Source: Candidatus Hermodarchaeota archaeon (lineage in GTDB: Archaea; Asgardarchaeota; Lokiarchaeia; Sigyniarchaeales; SOKP01). Taken from it: a stretch of 64,000 nt of DNA. Each line of letters starts with the position of its first letter. Position 1 is the first letter of the stretch. Positions 11,241 to 20,891 of this stretch are shown piece after piece. The position numbers and the translations under genes are program-made. The stretch covers positions 51,247 through 115,246 of the forward strand of contig JBHLLP010000006.1 in the NCBI GenBank assembly GCA_048885525.1, written 5' to 3'. The notes below the pieces were generated by a model. The model was not told the origin of the DNA. It saw only the letters and a list, made by a program, of their open reading frames with translations, and ran no database searches.

Positions 11241-11495
11241 TTAACCAGGGTAATCATTTTTGGAACCCATGAGTGTAGTTGTTTCCTCGATCCACTGAGA
11301 TAATTCTTTATCCATTCTGCAAAAAGTGACAATTTTATCGATATCTCTTAACTTAGAAAAAGAACATTCAACAATTACATCCCAACCTCCATAAATAGGT
11401 GTAGCGTATGTGATTTTCCAATCTTCATCTGGTTCAGTAGATTTTAAATTAATTAATTTATCAACAACTTTCCATTCTGAACCAATTACTTTCAA
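11241..11495 (-). CDS. Stand-alone Lrp/AsnC ligand-binding-domain-like protein (5' end uncertain; frame is open to about 11528)
   Basis: IYGGWDVIVE and ETTTL motifs; in-frame upstream codons read EIYYRGYILIRL, the expected first beta strand. Confidence 0.6.
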   Translation of the reverse strand: MKVIGSEWKVVDKLINLKSTEPDEDWKITYATPIYGGWDVIVECSFSKLRDIDKIVTFCRMDKELSQWIEETTTLMGSKNDYPG

Positions 11496-11668
11496 ACGGA
11501 TTAAAATGTATCCACGATAATAAATTTCTTACAACCTTGATTTCCATTTATTTAGGTTTAAAATGCTCTAACGAGTAACAAACTTTAATTTAAATTTAAA
11601 TATATTTAAGTAATTTAATGTTTCTATTATAAATTGTTCTATTAAAAAAATAAAGGGATATTATAGAT

Positions 11669-13192
11669 ATGTCAGATTTATATAAGAAATTAGAGAAGAT
11701 TGTTTCTGATAAATATATTTCTAATGATATTTATGTACGCCACGCCTATTCACGAAATGTAGACATTGTTTTACAAGGCGTTCCCGATATTGTAATAAGA
11801 CCAAAAGATGCTCAAGAAATCTCAGAAATTCTTAAGATTGCAAATGAAGAAAATATTCCTGTAATACCACGTGGTGGAGGCGATTGTGAATTTGGTGGAA
11901 GTAAGCCAATTAACGATGAGGGCATTGTTTTAGATTTGAAGAGAATGGACAATATTATAAATTTAGATCAAGAAAATTTGATAGTTACAGTCGAGGCAGG
12001 TATTTCTTGGGGAAAATTGAATGAATATTTATGCCATTATGGACTATATACCGGATGTATGGGACCTGGATCAGGAATGACAGCTTCAATTGGAGGTGGT
12101 ATTTCACATCAATCAGTTGGAGGTGGAGGATGTGCAAAGTATGGTTCATGTACTAACCAATTAGTTTCTTTAGAAGTGGTTTTACCAACAGGTGAAATAA
12201 TTCAAACAGGGTCTCAAGCTAATAAATTTTCTAAGTTTCCTTTTAATAGATTTGGAAATGGACCTGATTTATCAGGACTTTTTTGTGGTGATAATGGTAT
12301 TTTTGGGATAAAAACAAAAATATCGCTTAAAGTATTTCCTAAACCGGAGTTTGCTGATTACAAAACTTTTTTACTTCCTCGAAAATCTGCTGAAACTGCT
12401 GCTCAAATTATGACGGAGATTCGAAGAAAAGGAATTAATGTATATGATACAATGTTTATTACTGATGTTGTTATTGAACTTGGGTCAAAGCAAGGATTTT
12501 TTCCTTTATGGGAGCATATAAAAAAGAAAAAAGGAATGCTTTTTTATACAATTGAAGCGAATTCGGAGGTTGAGTTAAAAGAAAATGTCAGAATCTTAGA
12601 TGAGATTATTTTAAGTAAGAAATCTGAATATCTAGGTCCAGAAATCTCCGATGGTAATATAGCTAAGTGGCATTATACGGAACAAGGGCATTGGCAATTT
12701 TATCATAATTTATGGGGTATGTTTCCTTCCATGCAACCACTCTCAGCGGAATGTTTTTGTCCAATCCATATGTTTCCTCAAGTTGTAAAGGATGTTGATC
12801 AATGGGATATAGAACATAATGAAGATATGCAAAAAATTTTTAATATCACCAAAATTCGACCTATCTCAGGTAGCGGTCCGATACCATTAGTAGATGGGAA
12901 TAATGTGGAAGTAACAGCTGGTTTTCTTAGCTTTTGGAAATATTATGAAGGTGAACTTTATGAAATAATCCAAGAAACTAACATAAAGTTATGGAAATCT
13001 TTAATCAAATTATTAGTTAAATACGGACTTCAATACTATATGATGGGTGATTTTATGTCTCGTTTAATGGTTGAGATTGGTGCTTACTCTGAAGAATATT
13101 ATAACTTTTTGAAATCAATAAAAAAGACTCTTGATCCGAAAATGATACTAAGTAGAGGTAAATATAATTTTTGGGAGGGAGAGAAAAGTTGA
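11669..13192 (+). CDS. FAD-binding oxidoreductase (GlcD/Dld family)
   Basis: PDIVIRP, IPRGGG, LDLKRMD, G..GIFGI.T, KKTLDP. Confidence 0.85.
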   Translation: MSDLYKKLEKIVSDKYISNDIYVRHAYSRNVDIVLQGVPDIVIRPKDAQEISEILKIANEENIPVIPRGGGDCEFGGSKPINDEGIVLDLKRMDNIINLDQENLIVTVEAGISWGKLNEYLCHYGLYTGCMGPGSGMTASIGGGISHQSVGGGGCAKYGSCTNQLVSLEVVLPTGEIIQTGSQANKFSKFPFNRFGNGPDLSGLFCGDNGIFGIKTKISLKVFPKPEFADYKTFLLPRKSAETAAQIMTEIRRKGINVYDTMFITDVVIELGSKQGFFPLWEHIKKKKGMLFYTIEANSEVELKENVRILDEIILSKKSEYLGPEISDGNIAKWHYTEQGHWQFYHNLWGMFPSMQPLSAECFCPIHMFPQVVKDVDQWDIEHNEDMQKIFNITKIRPISGSGPIPLVDGNNVEVTAGFLSFWKYYEGELYEIIQETNIKLWKSLIKLLVKYGLQYYMMGDFMSRLMVEIGAYSEEYYNFLKSIKKTLDPKMILSRGKYNFWEGEKS

Positions 13193-14424
13193 GTGAATTA
13201 AAACATCTAAAAGAACATTGGAAAGATATTTTTTCGTGTATGGGATGTGGAGATTGTGGATATGCGATCCGTCCTGCCGTTGAGAGATATCTAGTATGCC
13301 CTATTAAAGAAGCTAAAGGAGAAGAAGGATTTGAAATTAGTTTTTCGAGAGGTAGAATGAATGTTTTAAAAGATGTATTAGAAGGTCAAATCTCTTTAAG
13401 TAAAAAATTAGCAAAATGGGTTTATGAATGTTCAGAATGCGGAAATTGTACTGAAGTCTGTCATATGACTCATAATGAAAATATTGCTTTACCCACATGC
13501 AAATGGATCGATCATGTAAAAGTATGGGAAGCTTTAAGAAAGGATCTTGTTGAAGAAGGATTTGCTCCATTAGAAAAACACTCTAATTTAATAGATTACA
13601 TGAATAGAGATGATATGAGAAATCCGTATGGTGAAGAGAAAATAAAAAAATATGATTGGACCAAAGGAATTTCTGAACTTAAAGAAAAGGGAGAATTTGT
13701 ATTCTTTGGAGGATGTACAATGCCATTAAGACAGGTAGAAACATTAAAAACTATGATTAAGATATTGCAAACTGCGGGGAAAGAGATTGCAATATCTAGA
13801 GATGAGTGGTGCTGTGGTTCAATCGCACTACGAATTGGAGATGATCAATCATTACAAGAATTTATTAGACATAATATTGCTGTATTTAAAAATATGGGTG
13901 CAAAAGTAGTTTTTACCGCCTGTGCTGGATGCTATCGAACATGGAAAAAAGATTACCCGGAATTACTTGGTGAAGAATTACCATTTCAAGTAAAACACAT
14001 TACAGAAATCCTAGTTGAGCTCTTGAATAACAAAAAAATTCCTTTTAAAGAACAGCAAGGAGAATCTAAAAAGGTTACATATCATGATCCATGTCATTTA
14101 GGAAGACATATGGATTTTTATGAAATCCCACGAGAACTAATATTAAAAATCCCTGGTATTGAATTAGTTGAAATGAAACGAAACCGTAAAAATGCTTGGT
14201 GTTGTGGAGCTGGTGGTGGAGTTAAAAGTCAATTTCCAGAATTAGCTCTTGAAATTTCTAAAGAAAGAATCAATGAAGCTATAGAATCCGGAGCTGATAT
14301 ATTAACTACTAGTTGCCCATTTTGTATAGGAAATTTAAAAGATGCATATGAAGAATTAAGTCCAAAATTGTCAGAAAGAATAGAATTAATTGATATTATA
14401 GATCTAATTGCCTCTAAAATATGA
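13189..14424 (+). CDS. (Fe-S)-binding oxidoreductase, GlcF/HdrD-like
   Basis: CCG domains, YHDPCHLGR, CCGAGGG; likely TTG start at 13189 overlapping the upstream TGA, with GGAGG upstream. Confidence 0.85.
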   Translation: MSELKHLKEHWKDIFSCMGCGDCGYAIRPAVERYLVCPIKEAKGEEGFEISFSRGRMNVLKDVLEGQISLSKKLAKWVYECSECGNCTEVCHMTHNENIALPTCKWIDHVKVWEALRKDLVEEGFAPLEKHSNLIDYMNRDDMRNPYGEEKIKKYDWTKGISELKEKGEFVFFGGCTMPLRQVETLKTMIKILQTAGKEIAISRDEWCCGSIALRIGDDQSLQEFIRHNIAVFKNMGAKVVFTACAGCYRTWKKDYPELLGEELPFQVKHITEILVELLNNKKIPFKEQQGESKKVTYHDPCHLGRHMDFYEIPRELILKIPGIELVEMKRNRKNAWCCGAGGGVKSQFPELALEISKERINEAIESGADILTTSCPFCIGNLKDAYEELSPKLSERIELIDIIDLIASKI

Positions 14425-14655
14425 GAAAAGTAAAATAGATTAAAAATAGGGTTTTATTCTTTTTTTATACAATACTAGGTCAAACAGAAGATCGAACCTT
14501 AGAAGAAACAATCCAATCAAGAATTTTCACGAATTTAATGCTGATATCTCAAATTTAGGTTAATAATTGAGTTATATAAATTCTTTTTAATAAATCTATT
14601 TTTAAAAATAATCAATTTGAATAATCTTTAAGAACTCTCCTTTTTTTAACTATAT

Positions 14656-15336
14656 ATGGAGGATATTAGTATTTATCTAAAACCAACTAAGTTTTTTGAT
14701 TTTAATAAAAAGTCTGTTAGTGAAAAAGCATTAGAAATCACCAATGATTTGAAAACGGAAAAAGAGAAAGCTATAGCTTTATTTTATTGGGTACGAGATG
14801 AGATTAAGTATAATATGTTAACATATGTGCCAAATGTACCTGCTAACTTTAAAGCAAGTATAACTCTACGGAGAAAAAATGGTTTTTGTGTATCAAAATC
14901 CATTCTTTTATCGTCTTTTGCGAGAGCAATTGGAATTCCTGCCCGGATACATTTAGTTGATTTAATTAACCATTTAATTTCGCAAAAAGTTATTGATTTT
15001 ATGGGTACTAATGTCATGTACGTACATGGTTACAGCGAATTCTATTTGGATGGGAAATGGGTAAAATTAACACCTTCTTTTGATCCTCAAACTGCTCTAA
15101 AAGGAAAATTTCTCCCTATGGTTGAATTTGATGGTGAAAATGATGCTGTGTTCCCTAAATTCGATAATCAAGGTAATCTATTTGGAGAATATCTCACTGA
15201 TAGAGGAGTGCATGCAGAGTTACCGCTGGAAGAAATTGATAAAATTTTCGAAGAAAAATATCCTTCATATGCTCTCCATAAAAAAGGATTTAATCCAAAG
15301 CAAATACAAGATGAGATACTGACATATAAGAAATAA
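14656..15336 (+). CDS. Transglutaminase-like family protein
   Basis: GFCVSKS...R..GIPAR, HGYSE catalytic motifs. Confidence 0.85.
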   Translation: MEDISIYLKPTKFFDFNKKSVSEKALEITNDLKTEKEKAIALFYWVRDEIKYNMLTYVPNVPANFKASITLRRKNGFCVSKSILLSSFARAIGIPARIHLVDLINHLISQKVIDFMGTNVMYVHGYSEFYLDGKWVKLTPSFDPQTALKGKFLPMVEFDGENDAVFPKFDNQGNLFGEYLTDRGVHAELPLEEIDKIFEEKYPSYALHKKGFNPKQIQDEILTYKK

Positions 15337-15418
15337 TCGATAAATCTAATGAGGATTTTTTATAATTCATTCATTATCAATAATTTTTAAGGAAATTTAT
15401 TAAAGTTTTTTCGTTATT

Positions 15419-16099
15419 ATGGAAGATTTGAATATATATCTGCAACCAACGGAATATCTTGACTTTAATAAAATAGCTGTGAGTAGAAAAGCTTTTGAGA
15501 TAACTAAAGATTTAAAAACTGATAAAGAAAAGGTAATTGCTTTATTTTATTGGGTTCGAGATAATATAAAATATAATGCTTTTTCATATTATCCAAAAAT
15601 TAAAGCAAATCTCAAAGCTTCAGTCACATTAAGACGAAAAAATGGATTTTGCATGTCTAAATCTACATTACTGTCAACTTTTACAAGAGCAGTAGGAATT
15701 CCTGCCCGTATTCATATGGTTGATATTATTAATCATAAAATATCTCAAAGACTTGTTAATCTAATGGGTACTAAGGCTTTTCATTGTCATGCATATAGTG
15801 AGATTTACTTAAATAAGAAATGGGTAAAAATCGCACCCATTTTTGATAAAAAAACTTGTATAAAGGGAAATTTCTTTCCTATGATTGAGTTTGATGGAGA
15901 ACATGATGCTTTATTTGCCCCATTTGATATTGAAGGGAACAAATTTGTAGAATATATAGGAGATTGGGGTACTTACGCAGATGTACCACAAAAAAAGATT
16001 GATCAAATATTTTGTGAGAAATATCCTCATTGGTATCCTAATCTAAGTTCGAATTTAATAAGACTTATGAAAAAAGAACCATTATCCTTGAATAAGTAA
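15419..16099 (+). CDS. Transglutaminase-like family protein (tandem paralog)
   Basis: GFCMSKS, GIPARIH, HAYSE; same length (226 aa) as its neighbour. Confidence 0.85.
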   Translation: MEDLNIYLQPTEYLDFNKIAVSRKAFEITKDLKTDKEKVIALFYWVRDNIKYNAFSYYPKIKANLKASVTLRRKNGFCMSKSTLLSTFTRAVGIPARIHMVDIINHKISQRLVNLMGTKAFHCHAYSEIYLNKKWVKIAPIFDKKTCIKGNFFPMIEFDGEHDALFAPFDIEGNKFVEYIGDWGTYADVPQKKIDQIFCEKYPHWYPNLSSNLIRLMKKEPLSLNK

Positions 16100-16137
16100 T
16101 AAAATACTTCTTTTTTAAAAAAATTAGATTTCTATAC

Positions 16138-17031
16138 TCATAAATCTCTTAAAAAAATTTTATATTTACCTAATTTTCCACCAAAATTTCCAGCAGAAAC
16201 TTTAATTAAACCATCCATATTTATAATTCCTTCAATTACCTTTTTCATTGTAAGTTTTATAGTATCAAGATCTAAAGCATTAAACACAATCTCAGGTATT
16301 GAATGAACTCCATCAGGGACCTTAATTTCTTCAGAAGGTAACTTCTTCTTTAATGTTGGACAATATGGATGATTTGTCGAAGGCCCAATCTCAGGAAAAT
16401 TTGTCTCTACTTTTGAACCAGCTGAACATACGTCAAACGTTGTGCATACATCATCTATCTCAACTATAATTTTAACAGCTTCACGTCCAATTTTTATACC
16501 TGAGTTGACTGAATCACAAAATAAATAAAAATTTCCTCCCATTACACCTTCACCATAAGTTAATTCTTCTTCTATTAAAAAATCATAACCCATCATAAGA
16601 GGAATAGAAATCATTTTTCTATCATATATTTTTATAATTTCCTCATAACCATCTCCACAATGGCCCACATTATTCATCATATTAAATTTCATCTTAGATT
16701 TATTTGGGTAATAGTCAAAAACAGCAGTAGTTGGAACAACTAAAATACCTTGTCTTATTCTCCTTCCTAATTGATCATAAAACTTACTCATAGCCTTTCT
16801 GCTCGTACCAGTGACCCATAATTGTACTATTGCGCCTAATCTACCATCAATAGTCTCGCTTTCGGAGAGCCATCTAACAACCCCTCCTTCAGCATCTCCA
16901 AATACAGTTGAAGGTAAAGAAGTAAATGCATTTGCTGCTCTATTTAAAAACTCAACATCTTGAGCAGTTACCATAAGTTGACAACATAAACCCTCAAACG
17001 CTTCACAGTAAGTATTATCAACAATAGCCAT
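16138..17031 (-). CDS. ftr: Formylmethanofuran--tetrahydromethanopterin N-formyltransferase
   Basis: NTYCEAF, RIRQ..L.VPTT, GV.GGNF, PSTNHPYCPTLK, VSAGNFGGKLG. Confidence 0.9.
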   Translation of the reverse strand: MAIVDNTYCEAFEGLCCQLMVTAQDVEFLNRAANAFTSLPSTVFGDAEGGVVRWLSESETIDGRLGAIVQLWVTGTSRKAMSKFYDQLGRRIRQGILVVPTTAVFDYYPNKSKMKFNMMNNVGHCGDGYEEIIKIYDRKMISIPLMMGYDFLIEEELTYGEGVMGGNFYLFCDSVNSGIKIGREAVKIIVEIDDVCTTFDVCSAGSKVETNFPEIGPSTNHPYCPTLKKKLPSEEIKVPDGVHSIPEIVFNALDLDTIKLTMKKVIEGIINMDGLIKVSAGNFGGKLGKYKIFLRDL

Positions 17032-17148
17032 AATTTTTTCACAATATTTCTTAACTTAAAAGATAAATACTTAATTTTATCATAATTACTTATTAAGTCT
17101 AAAAAATATAATTAATTACTAAAATTAAACTATCTAAGATTTGATAAA

Positions 17149-18087
17149 ATGCCAAGAGCAATAATTTTATACGAAATTGACAAGTCTTTTGGACCAAATA
17201 TATTAGCTGAATATTATTTAAATCAAGATGATAAAATTCCACAAACTGTATTAAAGGAATTTTCTGAGAAACATAGTAAGAAAGAATTAGTAAATATAAC
17301 TGTTCGTATTGATGAGAACCGCTATTATTCCAGCAAAGTTAATGCGCAATCAATTGAGAAAGATAACCTTTATATTGGATTTATATTACAGGAAGGGGAG
17401 GATCTGGTCTCGTTAAAAAGTTTTTTTGAAAATTTTGAGGAAAAAATAGTTCAAAATTTTTCTACTGATAAAAAGAAGATGAATGAATTATTGAGAAATG
17501 CTTTAAATTCAATTTTAAGCTTAATTCAGAAATTACAAGAACCCAAAATTATAAAAGAGACAATTAATGAGAGAACAAAAACAATGCTTGATGATGGAAA
17601 ACTTACTGAAGCTCGTGAATTGATAGATCTAGGTGAAGAAATTCCCAAAAAACTTGCGGCTGAAGTAAAACTTGCTGAACAATTATTAATTGATAAATAT
17701 TATAGAAAAGCAAAAAAAGGTTTTTTAAAAGCAGCAGAATTAGCTGTATTGGTACAAGAAGATGAAATTGCATCATTTTTAGAAAATAAAGGAGAACAAG
17801 TAGGATTATTTCCTGAATTAATAAAAGAAAGTGAGAATCTGCATAAAGAACTGGTAAAATTTTCTAATGATTTAGGTATTACTAAATTAAATTTATATAA
17901 TAATTTCTTTGAGCCAATAGATAGATTAGTTGAAATTTCAAATATATTTGAAGAACATGAGAAAATTGATGTTTTAACAAAATTAAAGAACAACGCTCTA
18001 AGAGCTTCTCGATTAACGAAAGAGATTAACGATTTAGATGAAAAAGTAAGAGAACTTATAAAAAAACTACAAGATTTGAAAATTTAA
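17149..18087 (+). CDS. Hypothetical protein, possible longin/uDENN-like N-terminal domain plus helical C-terminus
   Basis: N-terminal AIILYEIDKSFGPNIL beta-hairpin pattern. Confidence 0.5.
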   Translation: MPRAIILYEIDKSFGPNILAEYYLNQDDKIPQTVLKEFSEKHSKKELVNITVRIDENRYYSSKVNAQSIEKDNLYIGFILQEGEDLVSLKSFFENFEEKIVQNFSTDKKKMNELLRNALNSILSLIQKLQEPKIIKETINERTKTMLDDGKLTEARELIDLGEEIPKKLAAEVKLAEQLLIDKYYRKAKKGFLKAAELAVLVQEDEIASFLENKGEQVGLFPELIKESENLHKELVKFSNDLGITKLNLYNNFFEPIDRLVEISNIFEEHEKIDVLTKLKNNALRASRLTKEINDLDEKVRELIKKLQDLKI

Positions 18088-19877
18088 TCTTCTAATTCTT
18101 CATTAGATGGAGGTTCTTCAACTTGGGGTGGACTGTAATCCCCGATATCCTTAAAGATTATCTTTGCGATATCCCAACCTTCTTTTGTCGGATATTTTAA
18201 TGCATTCGCAATTAAACTTTCTCCAATTTCATTATTTACCTCCACTTTAAAAATCTCTGGTGTATTGCTTAACATTGATTCAAACTTTGCACCACTAGAA
18301 CCACTAGGAACTATTAAAATTCCAAAATCAATTGCTTTTACACTAATAGCATCTTTTAATCGTTTGGCGGCATAATAGCCAGCTACTCCTGCACTTCTAT
18401 CAAATGTTTTAATCGATGGGATTTCTAGACCATATTTTTTACCTTCTGCTTCGATTAAAGCAGCTAAAGTTTGACCTCTCTTTCCAAGCATATATTTAAA
18501 TTCCATCTGGGTCTTAAATTTTTTTCCTTTTTCTTCTCCCACCATATTTATATACTTTAAAGTAGCTCCTGCTACGGATTGAGGATTAACGTCAATAGAA
18601 TATTCTTCTTCTGCTAAAATATCTTCAATTGTCTTCTTAATGACTTCACGTGGCTTGGAAAAATCAATTACTTCTTCCTCTTCAATTTCAACTTTTGGTT
18701 TCGCGGTAGCAACTATCTCTGCTCCAACTTCCAACAATTCATCAACCGTCATTTCTTCCATAACCACCTTATCTATAAACCTTCTGCAAAGTTTAATAGA
18801 GTTCCTCGGATTCCCTTGTGTTTTCTCAAATATCATTTCAATTAATTTTTCATTCAATGGAAATAATGGATATAAAGGGGGATTTAAATTATTATCTTCC
18901 CAGAACGCTTCCATAGATTTTGAGAAATATATTTTTAAGTCATTAAGGCTGAATGGTTTTAATTCTTGTTCTGGTTCCATTCTTGATCTGAGCGGGGCAT
19001 CTGCAATTTCAATGATTCTAGGCCATATTTCTTTTAAAACTGCAATTGTTATAACTAAACCTTTAACTTCATTATACAATCTCTTCAGAATCTCTAAAAA
19101 TTTTCTTTCAGCAGCTTCTCCTAACATACGGTAGGGAGATTCAAGTTCATCAAAATAAAGGATAAGAACTTTATCTAAATTCTCTGTTATAATTTTAATC
19201 ATTGCAAGGCAGACATCATCTTCTTCTACAACAGAGTTTATTCCTAATTCGTTTAGCTCCTCATCTTCTAGATCCTCACCAAGAAGCCACCTTTCTGCAA
19301 GTGCTTTTTTACTCTTGTCTAATTGATAAGTTACTAATGCTTTAACACAATCAGCAAATACTCCAGGGAATTCTCTTATTCCCTGTTGAATAACCTCATC
19401 GATTTTTGGTTTTTGGAAAATCCCCTTTTTCATTCCACCCCATTTTCTCATTAATTTTTCAGAAACAATATCAAGTAATTCTGCACCAAGTTCCTCGATT
19501 ATACAGGTGTACACATGGAGTAATACACGAATACTTGCTGGAGGACTTGGAACATAGACGATTGTCCAATCTGCGGATGTAGCAAATTTACTAGCATCAA
19601 CTTCCTCTGCTTCATCAACTCCTTCTAATTTTTTTCTATTTTCTCGTTCTTTGTCTTTAAAAGAATGATAGGCATGAGTTTTACCAGTACCAGCTGATCC
19701 TAAGATTGGAATTAATCGAGACGATCTATCTCGATATGTTTGTTGTACAAGCCTATAAACTTCTCGATCTATATAACTTCGGGGTCTAGCAATATCAACT
19801 TTGTCGGGAATATCACCACGCGAGACAAAGTTTGAAAATGGCATTATTGGGGCCTCACGTAAGACGTCAAGATACAT
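18084..19877 (-). CDS. P-loop NTPase (AAA+/STAND-like)
   Basis: Walker A GSAGTGKT, Walker B ILYFDELE, GNPR motif. Confidence 0.75.
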   Translation of the reverse strand: MYLDVLREAPIMPFSNFVSRGDIPDKVDIARPRSYIDREVYRLVQQTYRDRSSRLIPILGSAGTGKTHAYHSFKDKERENRKKLEGVDEAEEVDASKFATSADWTIVYVPSPPASIRVLLHVYTCIIEELGAELLDIVSEKLMRKWGGMKKGIFQKPKIDEVIQQGIREFPGVFADCVKALVTYQLDKSKKALAERWLLGEDLEDEELNELGINSVVEEDDVCLAMIKIITENLDKVLILYFDELESPYRMLGEAAERKFLEILKRLYNEVKGLVITIAVLKEIWPRIIEIADAPLRSRMEPEQELKPFSLNDLKIYFSKSMEAFWEDNNLNPPLYPLFPLNEKLIEMIFEKTQGNPRNSIKLCRRFIDKVVMEEMTVDELLEVGAEIVATAKPKVEIEEEEVIDFSKPREVIKKTIEDILAEEEYSIDVNPQSVAGATLKYINMVGEEKGKKFKTQMEFKYMLGKRGQTLAALIEAEGKKYGLEIPSIKTFDRSAGVAGYYAAKRLKDAISVKAIDFGILIVPSGSSGAKFESMLSNTPEIFKVEVNNEIGESLIANALKYPTKEGWDIAKIIFKDIGDYSPPQVEEPPSNEELED

Positions 19878-20100
19878 TTCCTTGTCGTCATCGCTTAGTT
19901 CAGAATAAATTTTAATCTCCTCTCGAGTTTTTAATTTTTCATAACTAAGTTTTTATGTAGAATAAATTTATTAATCCAAATATTTTTTTCTAGAATATAA
20001 GCTAGTTAGTTTTTAGCTATTATAATATTTAATTAATAATTTTGCCTATTAAATTTAATTGATATTTAAAGATTCATATAAATAATAGAGGATAACAACT

Positions 20101-20772
20101 ATGCCTAAAAAAAATAGAGATGAAGATGAGAATGAAGATGAGGATGAAGAAAAAAGTGAACCGTTTGATTTCTATAAATTCTTTGAGGAACAAAACAAAA
20201 TTTTCTCTGATCCTGGTAAATTTATAATGGATCCAACAAGATTATTTAAATCTAAAGATTTTCAACGACTATTTAAAGATATTTTTGAAAGAATTGCAAA
20301 TAATTTACCTGCGGAGTTTCAGAATCTTTCACCAGAAGAAATTATGAAAGAGTTTACAAAACATAAAGGTAAGTTTGGTTTTCCAATAATGTATGGATTC
20401 AATATTAATATTGGTCCTGATGGTAAACCAACTATAGATTCTTTCGGTAATCTTAGGACAAAACCATATTCTGGAGAACCAGAAGTTAAAAAAGTCAGAG
20501 AACCATTGACAGAAGTGAATGAAGAAGGTGATCAGATAATAGTTATTTGTGAAATGCCTGGTGTAACGAGAGATGAGATTGAATTAAAGGCAACTACTCG
20601 TTCATTAACAATATCTACGAAATCAAGAGATAAGGGTAGGAATTATTATAAAGAAATCGAATTACCTTCAGCAATCAACTCAGATTATGCCAGAGCTAGA
20701 TATACTAATGGAATCTTAGAAGTAAAATTAAAAAAAATCGATGAAAAACAAACAGATATTAAAATCGATTAG
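20101..20772 (+). CDS. hsp20: Archaeal small heat-shock protein Hsp20
   Basis: YGF.INIGPDGKP, REPL.EV, EMPGV, NGILEV. Confidence 0.9.
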   Translation: MPKKNRDEDENEDEDEEKSEPFDFYKFFEEQNKIFSDPGKFIMDPTRLFKSKDFQRLFKDIFERIANNLPAEFQNLSPEEIMKEFTKHKGKFGFPIMYGFNINIGPDGKPTIDSFGNLRTKPYSGEPEVKKVREPLTEVNEEGDQIIVICEMPGVTRDEIELKATTRSLTISTKSRDKGRNYYKEIELPSAINSDYARARYTNGILEVKLKKIDEKQTDIKID

Positions 20773-20891
20773 CACTCTTTTTCATATTTTTTACTAGTAA
20801 TTTTTGATTTTTATTGGTAATTTTGGTACAAACCTTTATTAATCTCTTTAACTCATAAAATTTTAATCAATTTTAAATTGGTTAAAAAAAA

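Noticed and set aside
14470-14560. Coding-like stretch in an intergenic region
   Set aside because: No start codon, under 35 codons and no recognisable motif.
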